Made by a program: the position numbers and the translations under genes. The notes under the pieces are model-generated. The model was not told where the DNA came from and did not search any database. It saw nothing but the letters and a program-made list of their open reading frames with translations. DNA of 60,947 nucleotides, filler included. It is 5 parts of 5 records of this genome, joined end to end, with 100 filler letters (N's around TTAATTAATTAA, not from the genome) between each part and the next. Parts side by side here need not be neighbours in the genome. Positions count along the whole stretch, not along the records: positions 15,036 to 31,315 come from SRR2962707_633; 4 more parts are not named here. One strand, given 5' to 3'. This document shows positions 19,708 through 29,067 of the stretch, piece by piece (within the stretch, counting starts at the first letter, position 1; each line of letters opens with the position of its first letter).

Positions 19708-21777
19708 TCAGACTGCTGCCTCGGCTCTGTAGGGCAAAAGAACACGCACCGTCGTGCCTTTGCCGAGCGTACTGGAAATGATCAGTTCACCGCCATGCGC
19801 CTCGATCAGGGCCTTGGCGATGGCGAGGCCCAATCCGGTTCCCATCTTGGCTATGTGCGGATTGGCCTGAAGCTGGGCAAATGGCTCCGTAATTTTCTTG
19901 AGGTCTTCAGGTGAAATACCGCCGCCGCTATCCGAAATTTCCAGGATATGAGTATTGCTGTTGAAGGTCGCCTTCAAGATTACATGTCCACCACCCGGGG
20001 TGAATTTGACGGCGTTGAACAACAGATTCAGCAGCACCTGCTTGATGGCGCGCTCATCGACATACATCTGCGGAATATTGTCGGAAACGCGCGTTTCGAA
20101 ATAAATCTGCGAACAATCGATAGCATTCTTGGCAATCTTCAGACACTCATCAAACGTATTCCGGACCGTTATCTTATCCAGCACAAGATTGCTTTTTCCG
20201 GATTCGATTTTTGACAGATCAAGAATGTCATTCACCAGACTCAGCAAATGCTGACCGCTGGTCATGATGTCATTTGCATAGTCCTTATATTTGGCTGAGC
20301 CGATCGGTCCGAAATACTGATTTGAGATGACCTCGGAGAACCCCATGATTGCGTTCAGGGGCGTACGTAACTCGTGGCTCATGGACGCGAGAAAATCTGA
20401 CTTGGCGTTATTCGCGGTCTCGGCATCCAGCTTGGCGTTATAGAGGTTCTGAAGCACACGGTTGTACTGCGCGGCGATGTCACCGGTTTCCGAATTCGGT
20501 TCAACCGGGATCGGCCGTGAATAATCGCCACTGATCCGCTGGAATTCCATGGCACGTAACAGGTCGAGTTGCTCTGTCGACTGGTCATGCTCACTGATGT
20601 TCAAACCCTTACGTTCGGAATCCAACCCAACGCGCAGCGGGTAGTATTTGTTGATGATTTTGAGCAGAACAAAACTGAGACAAAAGGCCCAAACCATCGC
20701 CACAAGTGCACCCGTACCCTGCACCAGAAACTGATCGAAGCGGCCTAATCCTGTACCAAGTATTTCCAATTTTCCGAAAACCGCCACAGACAGCGTTCCC
20801 CATACGCCGGCGACCGCATGCACGGGAAAAGCGGACAGCACATCGTCGATCTGCATCCGGTCAAGGATGTATGTCGCTGCCATGCAAAGCACGCCCCCGA
20901 TCAAGCCAATCGTAACGGCTGCCCAGGGTTCGACGGCATGCGCAGGCGCCGTAATCGCAACCAGACCTGCCAAAGCGCCGTTCAGCATGCTTGGAACATC
21001 GGAGCGTCCAAATAGAAACGGTGCTACAATGATCGAAGCTAGCCCCCCGAATGTCCCGGCAATCAATGTGTTGAAGACAATCAGCGGCACGGCCTCATTC
21101 GCAGCAAGCGTACTACCGCCATTAAAACCGATCCAGCCAACCCAGATCGTGAAAACGCCAAGTGCGGAGAGAGGAAGACTATGACTTCGAAAATTGCCGC
21201 CCGTACCATCAAAACGGCCTTCTCGCGGCCCAATGATGATGACGGCCGCAAGAGCAACCCAGCCGGCTATGGAATGCACCACCGTGGATCCGGCGAAGTC
21301 GACAAATCCCATGGCTGCAAGCCAACCCGGGGCACCGCCATTTACCCCTCCCCAGGCCCAGTGTCCGAATACCGGGTAAATGACCAGTGAGATGACCACC
21401 GCAATCATCAGATACCCGACATAACGGGTTCGCTCGGCGACAGCACCGGATACGATTGTCGTCGACGTCCCGCAAAACATCAGCTGAAAGACGAAAAATG
21501 CGATATGGCCGGGATCATCGCTGACGGAGAAAACAAAATCGGTCGCGCCGATAATTCCGTTGGCACTCGCGCCAAACATCAGACCGAAGCCGATAAACCA
21601 AAATATGCCGGCCGAAATACAGAAGTCTGCGAAGTTTTTTGCTGCCACGTTGACGCTGTTCTTGGAGCGAACATAACCGCTTTCCAGACAACAGAAACCC
21701 GCTTGCATCATGAAGACCAGCGCAGCGCTGGTAAGTACCCAAACAAGATCAACTGTTGATGGAGACCCCAAGGGCAC
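19708..21777 (-). CDS. Ammonium transporter (Amt) fused to a histidine kinase
   Basis: Amt motifs MQAGF..LESG, DFAGSTVVH, GFNGGS and FPVHAVAG, then SHELRTPLNAI H-box, NLLFNAVKF, DSGGGI and GTGLGL. Confidence 0.92.
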   Translation of the reverse strand: MPLGSPSTVDLVWVLTSAALVFMMQAGFCCLESGYVRSKNSVNVAAKNFADFCISAGIFWFIGFGLMFGASANGIIGATDFVFSVSDDPGHIAFFVFQLMFCGTSTTIVSGAVAERTRYVGYLMIAVVISLVIYPVFGHWAWGGVNGGAPGWLAAMGFVDFAGSTVVHSIAGWVALAAVIIIGPREGRFDGTGGNFRSHSLPLSALGVFTIWVGWIGFNGGSTLAANEAVPLIVFNTLIAGTFGGLASIIVAPFLFGRSDVPSMLNGALAGLVAITAPAHAVEPWAAVTIGLIGGVLCMAATYILDRMQIDDVLSAFPVHAVAGVWGTLSVAVFGKLEILGTGLGRFDQFLVQGTGALVAMVWAFCLSFVLLKIINKYYPLRVGLDSERKGLNISEHDQSTEQLDLLRAMEFQRISGDYSRPIPVEPNSETGDIAAQYNRVLQNLYNAKLDAETANNAKSDFLASMSHELRTPLNAIMGFSEVISNQYFGPIGSAKYKDYANDIMTSGQHLLSLVNDILDLSKIESGKSNLVLDKITVRNTFDECLKIAKNAIDCSQIYFETRVSDNIPQMYVDERAIKQVLLNLLFNAVKFTPGGGHVILKATFNSNTHILEISDSGGGISPEDLKKITEPFAQLQANPHIAKMGTGLGLAIAKALIEAHGGELIISSTLGKGTTVRVLLPYRAEAAV

Positions 21778-21954
21778 CTCGCTTCAAAATATTATAGGTC
21801 AGCATCCCATAACTGTTTTTGCCTCGCAACATAACAAGAAAGGATTTCAGGTAAAAAACTGAAAGCATGAAAAAGTTTGATGATATTCTATAAAATGAGA
21901 CATTTATCTCATCGACTTGTTTGACAAATTGGACGCATTCGTCGCATCATTTTC

Positions 21955-22155
21955 ATGTAAAGGTTCCCCGCTGAGAGACGAAAAAGTCTTGGGGACTAAT
22001 AGGGAACGCGGGAGAGATCTACCCAACAGGGGATTTCAACCCGGGCTGCCCCCGCAACTGTAAGCGGCGAGCCGGCAACCAAAAGCCACTGACTGTATGG
22101 TCGGGAAGGTGATTGTCAGGTGATAAGCCGCTAGCCAGGAGACCTGCCTTTGCAT
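21955..22155 (+). ncRNA. Cobalamin (AdoCbl) riboswitch
   Basis: AGGT..AATAGGGAA..CTGCCCCCGCAACTGTAA..GCCACTG..GGGAAGG..AGCCAGGAGACCTGCC. P1 pairing ATGTAAAGG/CCTTTGCAT; TTGACA at 21921 upstream. Confidence 0.93.
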
Positions 22156-22208
22156 CGGTGGACATACCGTCCGCTGATTTTTGATTATCAAACTCGGAGG
22201 GAGTTCTG

Positions 22209-22391
22209 ATGGAACAGACCAAACAAAACGACGTTACACTTCCCCTTTCCTTTCAGCAGCGCATCATTGCAACGATGGCAGCCGCCTTGCTTGGCAGCTT
22301 CCTCGTCTATGGCGTCGGCCTTGCCAATTCCGACACCTTGCACAATGCGGCACATGACGGTCGGCACGCTTTCGCTTTTCCCTGCCACTGA
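22209..22391 (+). CDS. cbtB: Cobalt transporter subunit CbtB
   Basis: One TM segment then HNAAHDGRHAFAFPCH; directly downstream of the B12 riboswitch. Confidence 0.9.
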   Translation: MEQTKQNDVTLPLSFQQRIIATMAAALLGSFLVYGVGLANSDTLHNAAHDGRHAFAFPCH

Positions 22392-22412
22392 CCATCTGAC
22401 AGGAGTTCTGAA

Positions 22413-23117
22413 ATGATCGGACGGATTTTTCTGGCCGCGATAGCGGCTGGACTAATTGCGGGTGCATTTGTCTCTGCCGCTCAGATGCTCAAGGTAGTGC
22501 CATTGATCTATGCCGCAGAAGCATATGAAACATCGGCCCCGGAAGCCCATAGCCACAGCCATGATCAAACAACGACCGGGCACAGCCATGACCATGACCA
22601 TGGCGCATCATGGTCACCAGAAGATGGTTTTGAGCGCATTGGCTTCACTGCTTTAACAAATATCGTTCTTGGCGCCGGCTTCGCCCTTCTTATAGCTGCC
22701 GGCATGACGCTTCGCGGCCGAGCAACTGACTGGCGGCTCGGTTTGATCTGGGGCGCATCGGGTTTCCTGGCGTTTTCATTCCTGCCAGCCCTTGGTCTGC
22801 CACCGGAACTTCCGGGCATGGCAGCCGCAGACCTGACCGGCAGACAAATCTGGTGGGTCATGACCGTTGCCGCGTCAGCAGGAGGGTTAGGCCTGATCGC
22901 ATTCGCTAAGAACTGGCCTTTACGCATTCTTGGGGTAGCCATGCTGGCGATCCCGCATATTGTCGGCGCGCCCCATCCGCATGAATTTTCGGGTGGTGTC
23001 CCGGCTGAACTGGCAGCACAATTTGTTGCAACATCGCTTGTTACCGCTGGTTTGTTCTGGCTTCTGCTCGGCGCATTGACAGGTCATTTCATCGGGCGCA
23101 GCCTTCATAGCGAATAA
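22413..23117 (+). CDS. cbtA: Cobalt transporter subunit CbtA
   Basis: PLI.AAEAYE, His-rich loop, WSPEDGFER, LGLPPELPG, RQIWW and PHIVGAP motifs. Confidence 0.9.
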   Translation: MIGRIFLAAIAAGLIAGAFVSAAQMLKVVPLIYAAEAYETSAPEAHSHSHDQTTTGHSHDHDHGASWSPEDGFERIGFTALTNIVLGAGFALLIAAGMTLRGRATDWRLGLIWGASGFLAFSFLPALGLPPELPGMAAADLTGRQIWWVMTVAASAGGLGLIAFAKNWPLRILGVAMLAIPHIVGAPHPHEFSGGVPAELAAQFVATSLVTAGLFWLLLGALTGHFIGRSLHSE

Positions 23118-23153
23118 ATTTAACTGAACAGGACCCGGCGCGGAGGCTAAGAC

Positions 23154-23879
23154 ATGTCAGCTGATATTCTTGATCTCGCGCTGGGCTACCCCTACCCACT
23201 TCCGGAAACGTCCTACGTCGTGCACAAGGGTGCGGCAACGGATATCACGGCTGATGAAGCACCCCGTCTCAGGGAAGATCGCACGCCGGTCCTTGCCGTC
23301 GGTTCCAACCAGTCCCCCGAACAGGTAATACGCAAATTTCCGGGAAACGAATGGCCGCCGATCCTTTGTGAACGGTGCACGGTTCATGATTTTGACAGCG
23401 TCTATTCCGCTCATGTTACGGGATATGGATCGATCGCTTCCTGCCTCCATCCGGCACCGGGAACCCGGGTTTCGCTCTACATCAATTGGCTGCATGACGC
23501 GCATCTGGACCCCATGCATGCGACGGAACTCGGCAATGAAAACTATGTTTACGCAGAACTGAGCGGGATCAAAATAGATACCGAATTCGGGCTCACGCTG
23601 GACAGAATTTATTTCTACTGCTCAACCGCAGGCGCATATATTCCCGAGGGCGTTCCGGTGCCTCTGGCTGAAATCCCGGCCACAAACCGTCAGTGGGAGG
23701 CGCTGCACCAGACCGAAATTCAAACCCACGTTCAGATTCGGACAGCGGCAGACCAGCATTTTGAGGAATTTGTCCTAAAATCCGTCTCGGATGTTGAAAC
23801 CCGGAATTTCCGTAAAGCAGAGATGCGGAAGCTTTCGCTACCATTCAGCCATTCTGGATTTCGCGTGATAAAATCCTGA
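23154..23879 (+). CDS. Hypothetical protein, possible gamma-glutamylcyclotransferase-like fold
   Basis: GGAGG RBS; VLAVGSN motif and later ATE..NY resemble GGCT-like proteins. Confidence 0.6.
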   Translation: MSADILDLALGYPYPLPETSYVVHKGAATDITADEAPRLREDRTPVLAVGSNQSPEQVIRKFPGNEWPPILCERCTVHDFDSVYSAHVTGYGSIASCLHPAPGTRVSLYINWLHDAHLDPMHATELGNENYVYAELSGIKIDTEFGLTLDRIYFYCSTAGAYIPEGVPVPLAEIPATNRQWEALHQTEIQTHVQIRTAADQHFEEFVLKSVSDVETRNFRKAEMRKLSLPFSHSGFRVIKS

Positions 23880-24027
23880 TCCCTTATGAAAAACACTCAC
23901 GAAATCAGTGCTTCGGCTGAATGCTGAGCGAACGAATTAATGCCATCCCTGAGAGGGAATAGACAAAGACAGCGTCGAGGGCATCTGGATGGCCTGCCCC
24001 CCAGTGCGCGCCGCCCGTAAATCGCCG

Positions 24028-24975
24028 TTAGTCGAAATATCCGGCCCGGGCCCCGGCGCCGATCAGGTTTACGATCATGCGCCCGGCTGCGATGCTGGTC
24101 AGCTGGTTCACGTCATTCACAGGGGCAATCTCGACGACATCCATGCCGACAACTTTGCCCTTGGCGACAAGGCCATGGATCAGTTTGCGCATCTGGTGAT
24201 ACGTCAGCCCGCCCGGCGCCAATGCCAATGTTCCTGGCATGACAGCAGGATCAACCCCGTCGGCATCAATGGTCAGGTAATAGTTCTGCCCATCCGGAAT
24301 GTCCGCAAGCACGCTTTCGATACCGTTATCGTGAACGTCGTATGAGGTGTAAATATGCGCCCCATAAGCTTGAGCAGCCTCTACTTCCTCGATCCTGGCA
24401 CTGCCGACGGCCCGCATACCGATCTGAAATATCTCACCGATATGATCCATTTCAGAGGCTCTCCGGATCGGGCTCGAATACCCCTCCGGTTCCCCATTCA
24501 CGTCATCACGCCAATCAAGATGGGCATCCACGTGCACCAGGGTAATCGGTCCCAGATCCTCAATGCCCCTGAAAACCGGGATCGGCACACCATGGTCACC
24601 ACCGATGACAATCGGCATCGCCCCGGCGGCAACGATCTTTCGAACTGCTGCCTCGGCATTGCGGTAATGCGCATCGTGATCACTCATGTCCGCGGCGGCA
24701 TCCCCGCAGTCGACGATCTTTACGTCTCGTCCGTCGAGGGCGGGGCCACCCAGATCGAAGTCATAATGGTCCGGGGCAATCTGAATGCGCCTGGAAGCGG
24801 CCCGAACCGCCGCCGGTCCAAGGCTTTGCGGATTGGCCATCCCCTCCGGGCGATACGGTTTGCCGAAAGGAATACCGAGGATGGCAACATGCGCATCCAG
24901 ATTATCCAGATCCGTGGAAACGGGGTAACCGAGGAAGCTCTGTTCGCGTTGATCGGGAGGAACTGTAATAGACAT
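24028..24975 (-). CDS. Agmatinase-like ureohydrolase
   Basis: GGDHG, VHVDAHLD, TIDADGVDP, PGGL and DVVEIAP binuclear-metal motifs. Confidence 0.9.
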   Translation of the reverse strand: MSITVPPDQREQSFLGYPVSTDLDNLDAHVAILGIPFGKPYRPEGMANPQSLGPAAVRAASRRIQIAPDHYDFDLGGPALDGRDVKIVDCGDAAADMSDHDAHYRNAEAAVRKIVAAGAMPIVIGGDHGVPIPVFRGIEDLGPITLVHVDAHLDWRDDVNGEPEGYSSPIRRASEMDHIGEIFQIGMRAVGSARIEEVEAAQAYGAHIYTSYDVHDNGIESVLADIPDGQNYYLTIDADGVDPAVMPGTLALAPGGLTYHQMRKLIHGLVAKGKVVGMDVVEIAPVNDVNQLTSIAAGRMIVNLIGAGARAGYFD

Positions 24976-24977
24976 AT

Positions 24978-25862
24978 TTATTCTGCTGCCTTCATCAGGG
25001 CCGGTCGACCGCCACCGACGGTGACGCGGTGCATGACCCGTTTGAACCCGTGGTAATCGTTGATCGGGTTATGTTGCGTTGCGTAGTTATCCCAAAATGC
25101 CAGAGACCCCGGCGTCCATACGAAACGACAGGTGAATTCAGGCCGGGACAGGTGTGCGAAAAGAAATTTGAGCAGCGGTTCACTTTCTTCCTGCGTCAGT
25201 TCCTTGAAGCGTTCAGTGTGGCCGGAATTGACATAGAGCGACTTCCGGCCGGTCCGCGGATGCGTGATGACCGCCGGATGTTCGGCGACAAGCTGCATCC
25301 GTTTTCCGCCATTATCCTTGACCCGATCTTCGCGCGTTCGGGTAACTTCGGCCTTGGCTGAATTCTGAATAACGGTCAGGGTTTCGAGATACCCCTGCAG
25401 GCTGGGCGAGAGTGTCTCGTAAGCCAGATGCATGTTTGCGAACAGGGTGTCGCCGCCATAAGGCGGAATTTCCACGGCATATAACAGGGCGCCCATCGGC
25501 GGTTCTTCAAGGTATGTCGTATCGGCGTGCCAGATACCGCCAAAATTTACCCGTTCTTCCGGATTCTTGATAACCGGGACGACTTCGTCCGTTCCGTCCA
25601 ATCCCTTGACCATCGGATATGGAATTGGCGTCCCGAACCGTGACGCAAATGCCGCCTGGCGTTTTGGTTCCAGATTCTGGTCCCGGAAGAAAATGACATG
25701 ATGCTCGTTCAGAGCACCGGTGATTTCATCAATTACAGCGTCCGGCAGGTCTGTCGAGATGTCGACACCTGAAACCTCGGCACCGATACTACCGGCAATC
25801 CTGCGCACATTTATATGCTTGTAGGCCGAAAAGGATTTCGGCGGCTCCCAATCGCTCAGCAT
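24978..25862 (-). CDS. TauD/TfdA family Fe(II)/2-oxoglutarate dioxygenase
   Basis: VIFFRDQ, WHADTTY (HxD), GGDTLF, HPAVITHP and WDNYATQH..RVMHR motifs; start at ATG 25862. Confidence 0.92.
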   Translation of the reverse strand: MLSDWEPPKSFSAYKHINVRRIAGSIGAEVSGVDISTDLPDAVIDEITGALNEHHVIFFRDQNLEPKRQAAFASRFGTPIPYPMVKGLDGTDEVVPVIKNPEERVNFGGIWHADTTYLEEPPMGALLYAVEIPPYGGDTLFANMHLAYETLSPSLQGYLETLTVIQNSAKAEVTRTREDRVKDNGGKRMQLVAEHPAVITHPRTGRKSLYVNSGHTERFKELTQEESEPLLKFLFAHLSRPEFTCRFVWTPGSLAFWDNYATQHNPINDYHGFKRVMHRVTVGGGRPALMKAAE

Positions 25863-26163
25863 TGATGTTTCCTCTATTCCTTGTACTGAACCGTCTGACA
25901 AAATCCTAATACGCCGTCATAGACACGGCAAACAACTGTATCCTTTATAGATTGTCGGTAAGGGTATGGTTTTGACCGGGCATCGCGCCATTATGATACT
26001 GAAATGTCAAAAACCTTAGGAAATGGATCGCTGTAACCAATTGGCGAAATCAAGACAGGGATTGTCGCGAAGCGCCAAGCGATTCCCCTCACAAGGCCCT
26101 AACGAGTCGTTAGGTATGATATGATTTTTGCCAACCGGCGTGCCTTAAACGGAGATCAACAGG

Positions 26164-28731
26164 ATGTCGCAGTTCAACAAGAAAGCCAGTGTCGTCATCA
26201 TCGGCCAGGGCGGTATCGTCGGGGCATCCGTTGCACATCATCTGATTGAGCGCGGATGGGATAATATCATCGGCATCGACAAATCCGGCATACCCACGGA
26301 TATCGGTTCGACCGGACATGCATCGGATTTCTGCTTTAACACGATGCACGACCAGATGACGATCTTCACCACCAAGTACAGCATCGATTTCTTTGAAAAG
26401 CGGGGACGTTATTCCCGGATCGGCGGCATTGAGGTCGCTCGTAAAGGCGATGATGAACGCATGCTCGAGCTTGAGCGCCGCGTCAGCTCAGGCCGTGCCT
26501 TCGGCAACCGCGTTGAAATGATCTCCGCCAAAAAGGCCAAGGAACTGATGCCGCTGATCCAAGAAGATGTAATCCAGGGTGCCCTGTGGGATCCGGATGC
26601 AGGGTTGGTGATCCCCCGCTCACAAGTTGTTGCCGGAGAGATGATCCAGGAAGCCGAAGCCACCGGCAAACTGGAGGTCATGGCCAACACACCGTGCACG
26701 GGTCTTGATATCGAAGCCGGCCAAATCAAGGGCGTCCATACCCCGCGCGGGTACATCGAAACACCCTATGTTGTCGTCTGTGCCGGTCTATGGGGCCGTC
26801 TCATTTCCGAAATGGCCGGGGAAGATTTGCCGGTCATGCCAGTCGACCATCCGCTGACGTTCTTCGGGCCGTACAACGAATTCGAGGGAACCGGCAAGGA
26901 AATCGGCTATCCCCTGCTCCGCGACCAGGGCAATTCAGCCTACCTGCGTGATACGGGCGATCCGAAAACCGCCGAAGGCGGGCAGATCGAATGGGGTTAC
27001 TACGAAGAGAAGGAACCCCGGCTGTGCCATCCTCGCGACATCCTTGAGAAGGAACAGGCCCGCCTGTCGCCCTCTCAGCGCGATCTGGAAATGGAACAGA
27101 TCATCGAACCGCTGGAACGCGCCATGGAACTGACACCGATCCTGGGCGAACTTGGATATAACGAAAAACATTCCTTTAACGGCCTGTTACAGGTCACCGC
27201 CGATGGTGGGCCGTCGATTGGTGAATCGCCGGACGTGCGCGGTCTCTGGTATGGCGTATCAGTTTGGGTCAAGGACGGGCCCGGCACCGGCAAGATCATC
27301 GCCGACTGGATGACCGACGGCCGCACAGAGCTGGACCATCATTCCATCGACTATGCGCGTTATTACCCGATCCAGAAGTCGGAGTTGTACATTCACGACC
27401 GTTGTTACGAAACCGCGTTCAAGATCTACAACCCGCCTGTTCACAACCGTGAACCCTATACCAAGGGACGGAACCTGCGCGCGGCCCCCTGTTATCTGCG
27501 CGAGAAGGAACTGGGCGGATATTTCATGGAACTCGCCGGGTGGGAACGTGCGCACGGCTATGCGTCGAACGAAGCAACGCTGCTGGAAAAATACGCCGAC
27601 CGGGTGCCGGTGCGCGAGAATGAGTGGGATAATCGCCATTTCTGGCGCGTTTCGAACGCAGAGCATCTGGAGCTCTCGGAAAATGTCGGCATGATCAACC
27701 TGTCGCATTTTGCGATATACGATGTGTCGGGCAAGGACGCTGAACAGCTGGTCGAATACGCTGCATCGTCAAAAGTCGCCGGAGACACCCCAGTCGGCAA
27801 GGGTGTCTATACCAACTTCCTCGACGATACCGGCGGCGTCATGGCCGATCTGACGATCCTACGCCTGGCTGAAGATCGCTTCCGCGTTATCGACGGGGCC
27901 GACGCGGGGCACCGCGATATGACCTACCTTCGCCGTATGACACGCGATAAGGAATGGTCCGCTTATGTCGAAGACCGGACAGACCAGTTCGGATGCATCG
28001 GCGTCTGGGGACCCAATGCGCGCGAGAACCTGAAAAAGCTGGCCGACGATCCGGCGGGCCTTGATATGGAAAACTTCCCCTTCGCCGCGGTCCGTGATTT
28101 CACGTTACGCGGTGTACCGGTCAAGGGTTTCCGTATCTCCTATGTCGGGGAACAGGGCTGGGAACTGCATTTCCCGCTCAGCTATGGGTTGGCGCTCTGG
28201 GACATGTTCCGGGACATCGGAATCACGCCGGTCGGGGTTGAGACCTATGCCAACACGCGGCGTCTGGAAAAGAGCCTGCGACTGCAAAACGCCGACCTGC
28301 TGACCGAATACAACCTGCTCGAAGCCGGCCTCGCCCGGCCCAAGGTCAAGGCTGCCGACTTCCGTGGCAAGGCCGCCAATATTGAACAGCGTCAACGCAA
28401 GCACCAACCGGCGACGCTTTGCACCATGATCGTCACGGACAACGTCGATAAGGACGGCGTGGCGCGATATATGCTCGGCAACTGCCCGATTATCGATCCA
28501 AAAACCAACGAGGTGCTGATCGACGAATTGGGACGGCGGTCATATACGACATCCATCGCCTTCGGGCCGTCGATCGGGAAGAACATCGCCCTCGGCTACC
28601 TGCCGCACGATTATTGTGAGGAAGGACGCACGCTAGAGATCGAATACTTCAATCAGAAGTTCCCGATTGAGGTGGCTGCCGTTGGCTACAAGCCGCTTTA
28701 CGACCCGGAGAACGCCAAGCCGAAGTCGTAA
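26164..28731 (+). CDS. FAD-dependent oxidoreductase with GcvT domain (dimethylglycine/sarcosine dehydrogenase-like)
   Basis: IIGQGGIVG FAD motif, GSTGHA, RISYVGEQGWELH and RLEK folate-binding domain; 855 aa. Confidence 0.88.
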   Translation: MSQFNKKASVVIIGQGGIVGASVAHHLIERGWDNIIGIDKSGIPTDIGSTGHASDFCFNTMHDQMTIFTTKYSIDFFEKRGRYSRIGGIEVARKGDDERMLELERRVSSGRAFGNRVEMISAKKAKELMPLIQEDVIQGALWDPDAGLVIPRSQVVAGEMIQEAEATGKLEVMANTPCTGLDIEAGQIKGVHTPRGYIETPYVVVCAGLWGRLISEMAGEDLPVMPVDHPLTFFGPYNEFEGTGKEIGYPLLRDQGNSAYLRDTGDPKTAEGGQIEWGYYEEKEPRLCHPRDILEKEQARLSPSQRDLEMEQIIEPLERAMELTPILGELGYNEKHSFNGLLQVTADGGPSIGESPDVRGLWYGVSVWVKDGPGTGKIIADWMTDGRTELDHHSIDYARYYPIQKSELYIHDRCYETAFKIYNPPVHNREPYTKGRNLRAAPCYLREKELGGYFMELAGWERAHGYASNEATLLEKYADRVPVRENEWDNRHFWRVSNAEHLELSENVGMINLSHFAIYDVSGKDAEQLVEYAASSKVAGDTPVGKGVYTNFLDDTGGVMADLTILRLAEDRFRVIDGADAGHRDMTYLRRMTRDKEWSAYVEDRTDQFGCIGVWGPNARENLKKLADDPAGLDMENFPFAAVRDFTLRGVPVKGFRISYVGEQGWELHFPLSYGLALWDMFRDIGITPVGVETYANTRRLEKSLRLQNADLLTEYNLLEAGLARPKVKAADFRGKAANIEQRQRKHQPATLCTMIVTDNVDKDGVARYMLGNCPIIDPKTNEVLIDELGRRSYTTSIAFGPSIGKNIALGYLPHDYCEEGRTLEIEYFNQKFPIEVAAVGYKPLYDPENAKPKS

Positions 28732-29067
28732 ATATTGCGGCCAGATCATCGAATCTACCCGGCTTCACGGACATTGAATGACGTGAATAACTTGAATTTG
28801 CCCTGATTTGTCCTAAAATCGACAGATCAATGTCGTTATAGGAATACAATAAGGCTGATTCATGCAAGGTTGTGGGCACGCCCTCAACTACCATCGTCAT
28901 GTCATGGGGGAGATGACATGCGTTCTGACAAATGAGCGTTACCACTTCGACGGTTGAACGACCCCTCTCGCCAGGCTGGTAATACTGCCTCGGGCCAGTT
29001 GTTGTGTATTTAACGATGCTCATCGTCAGACGGCATTGGGAGAGATTAGCACAGGAGGAGGAACCAT

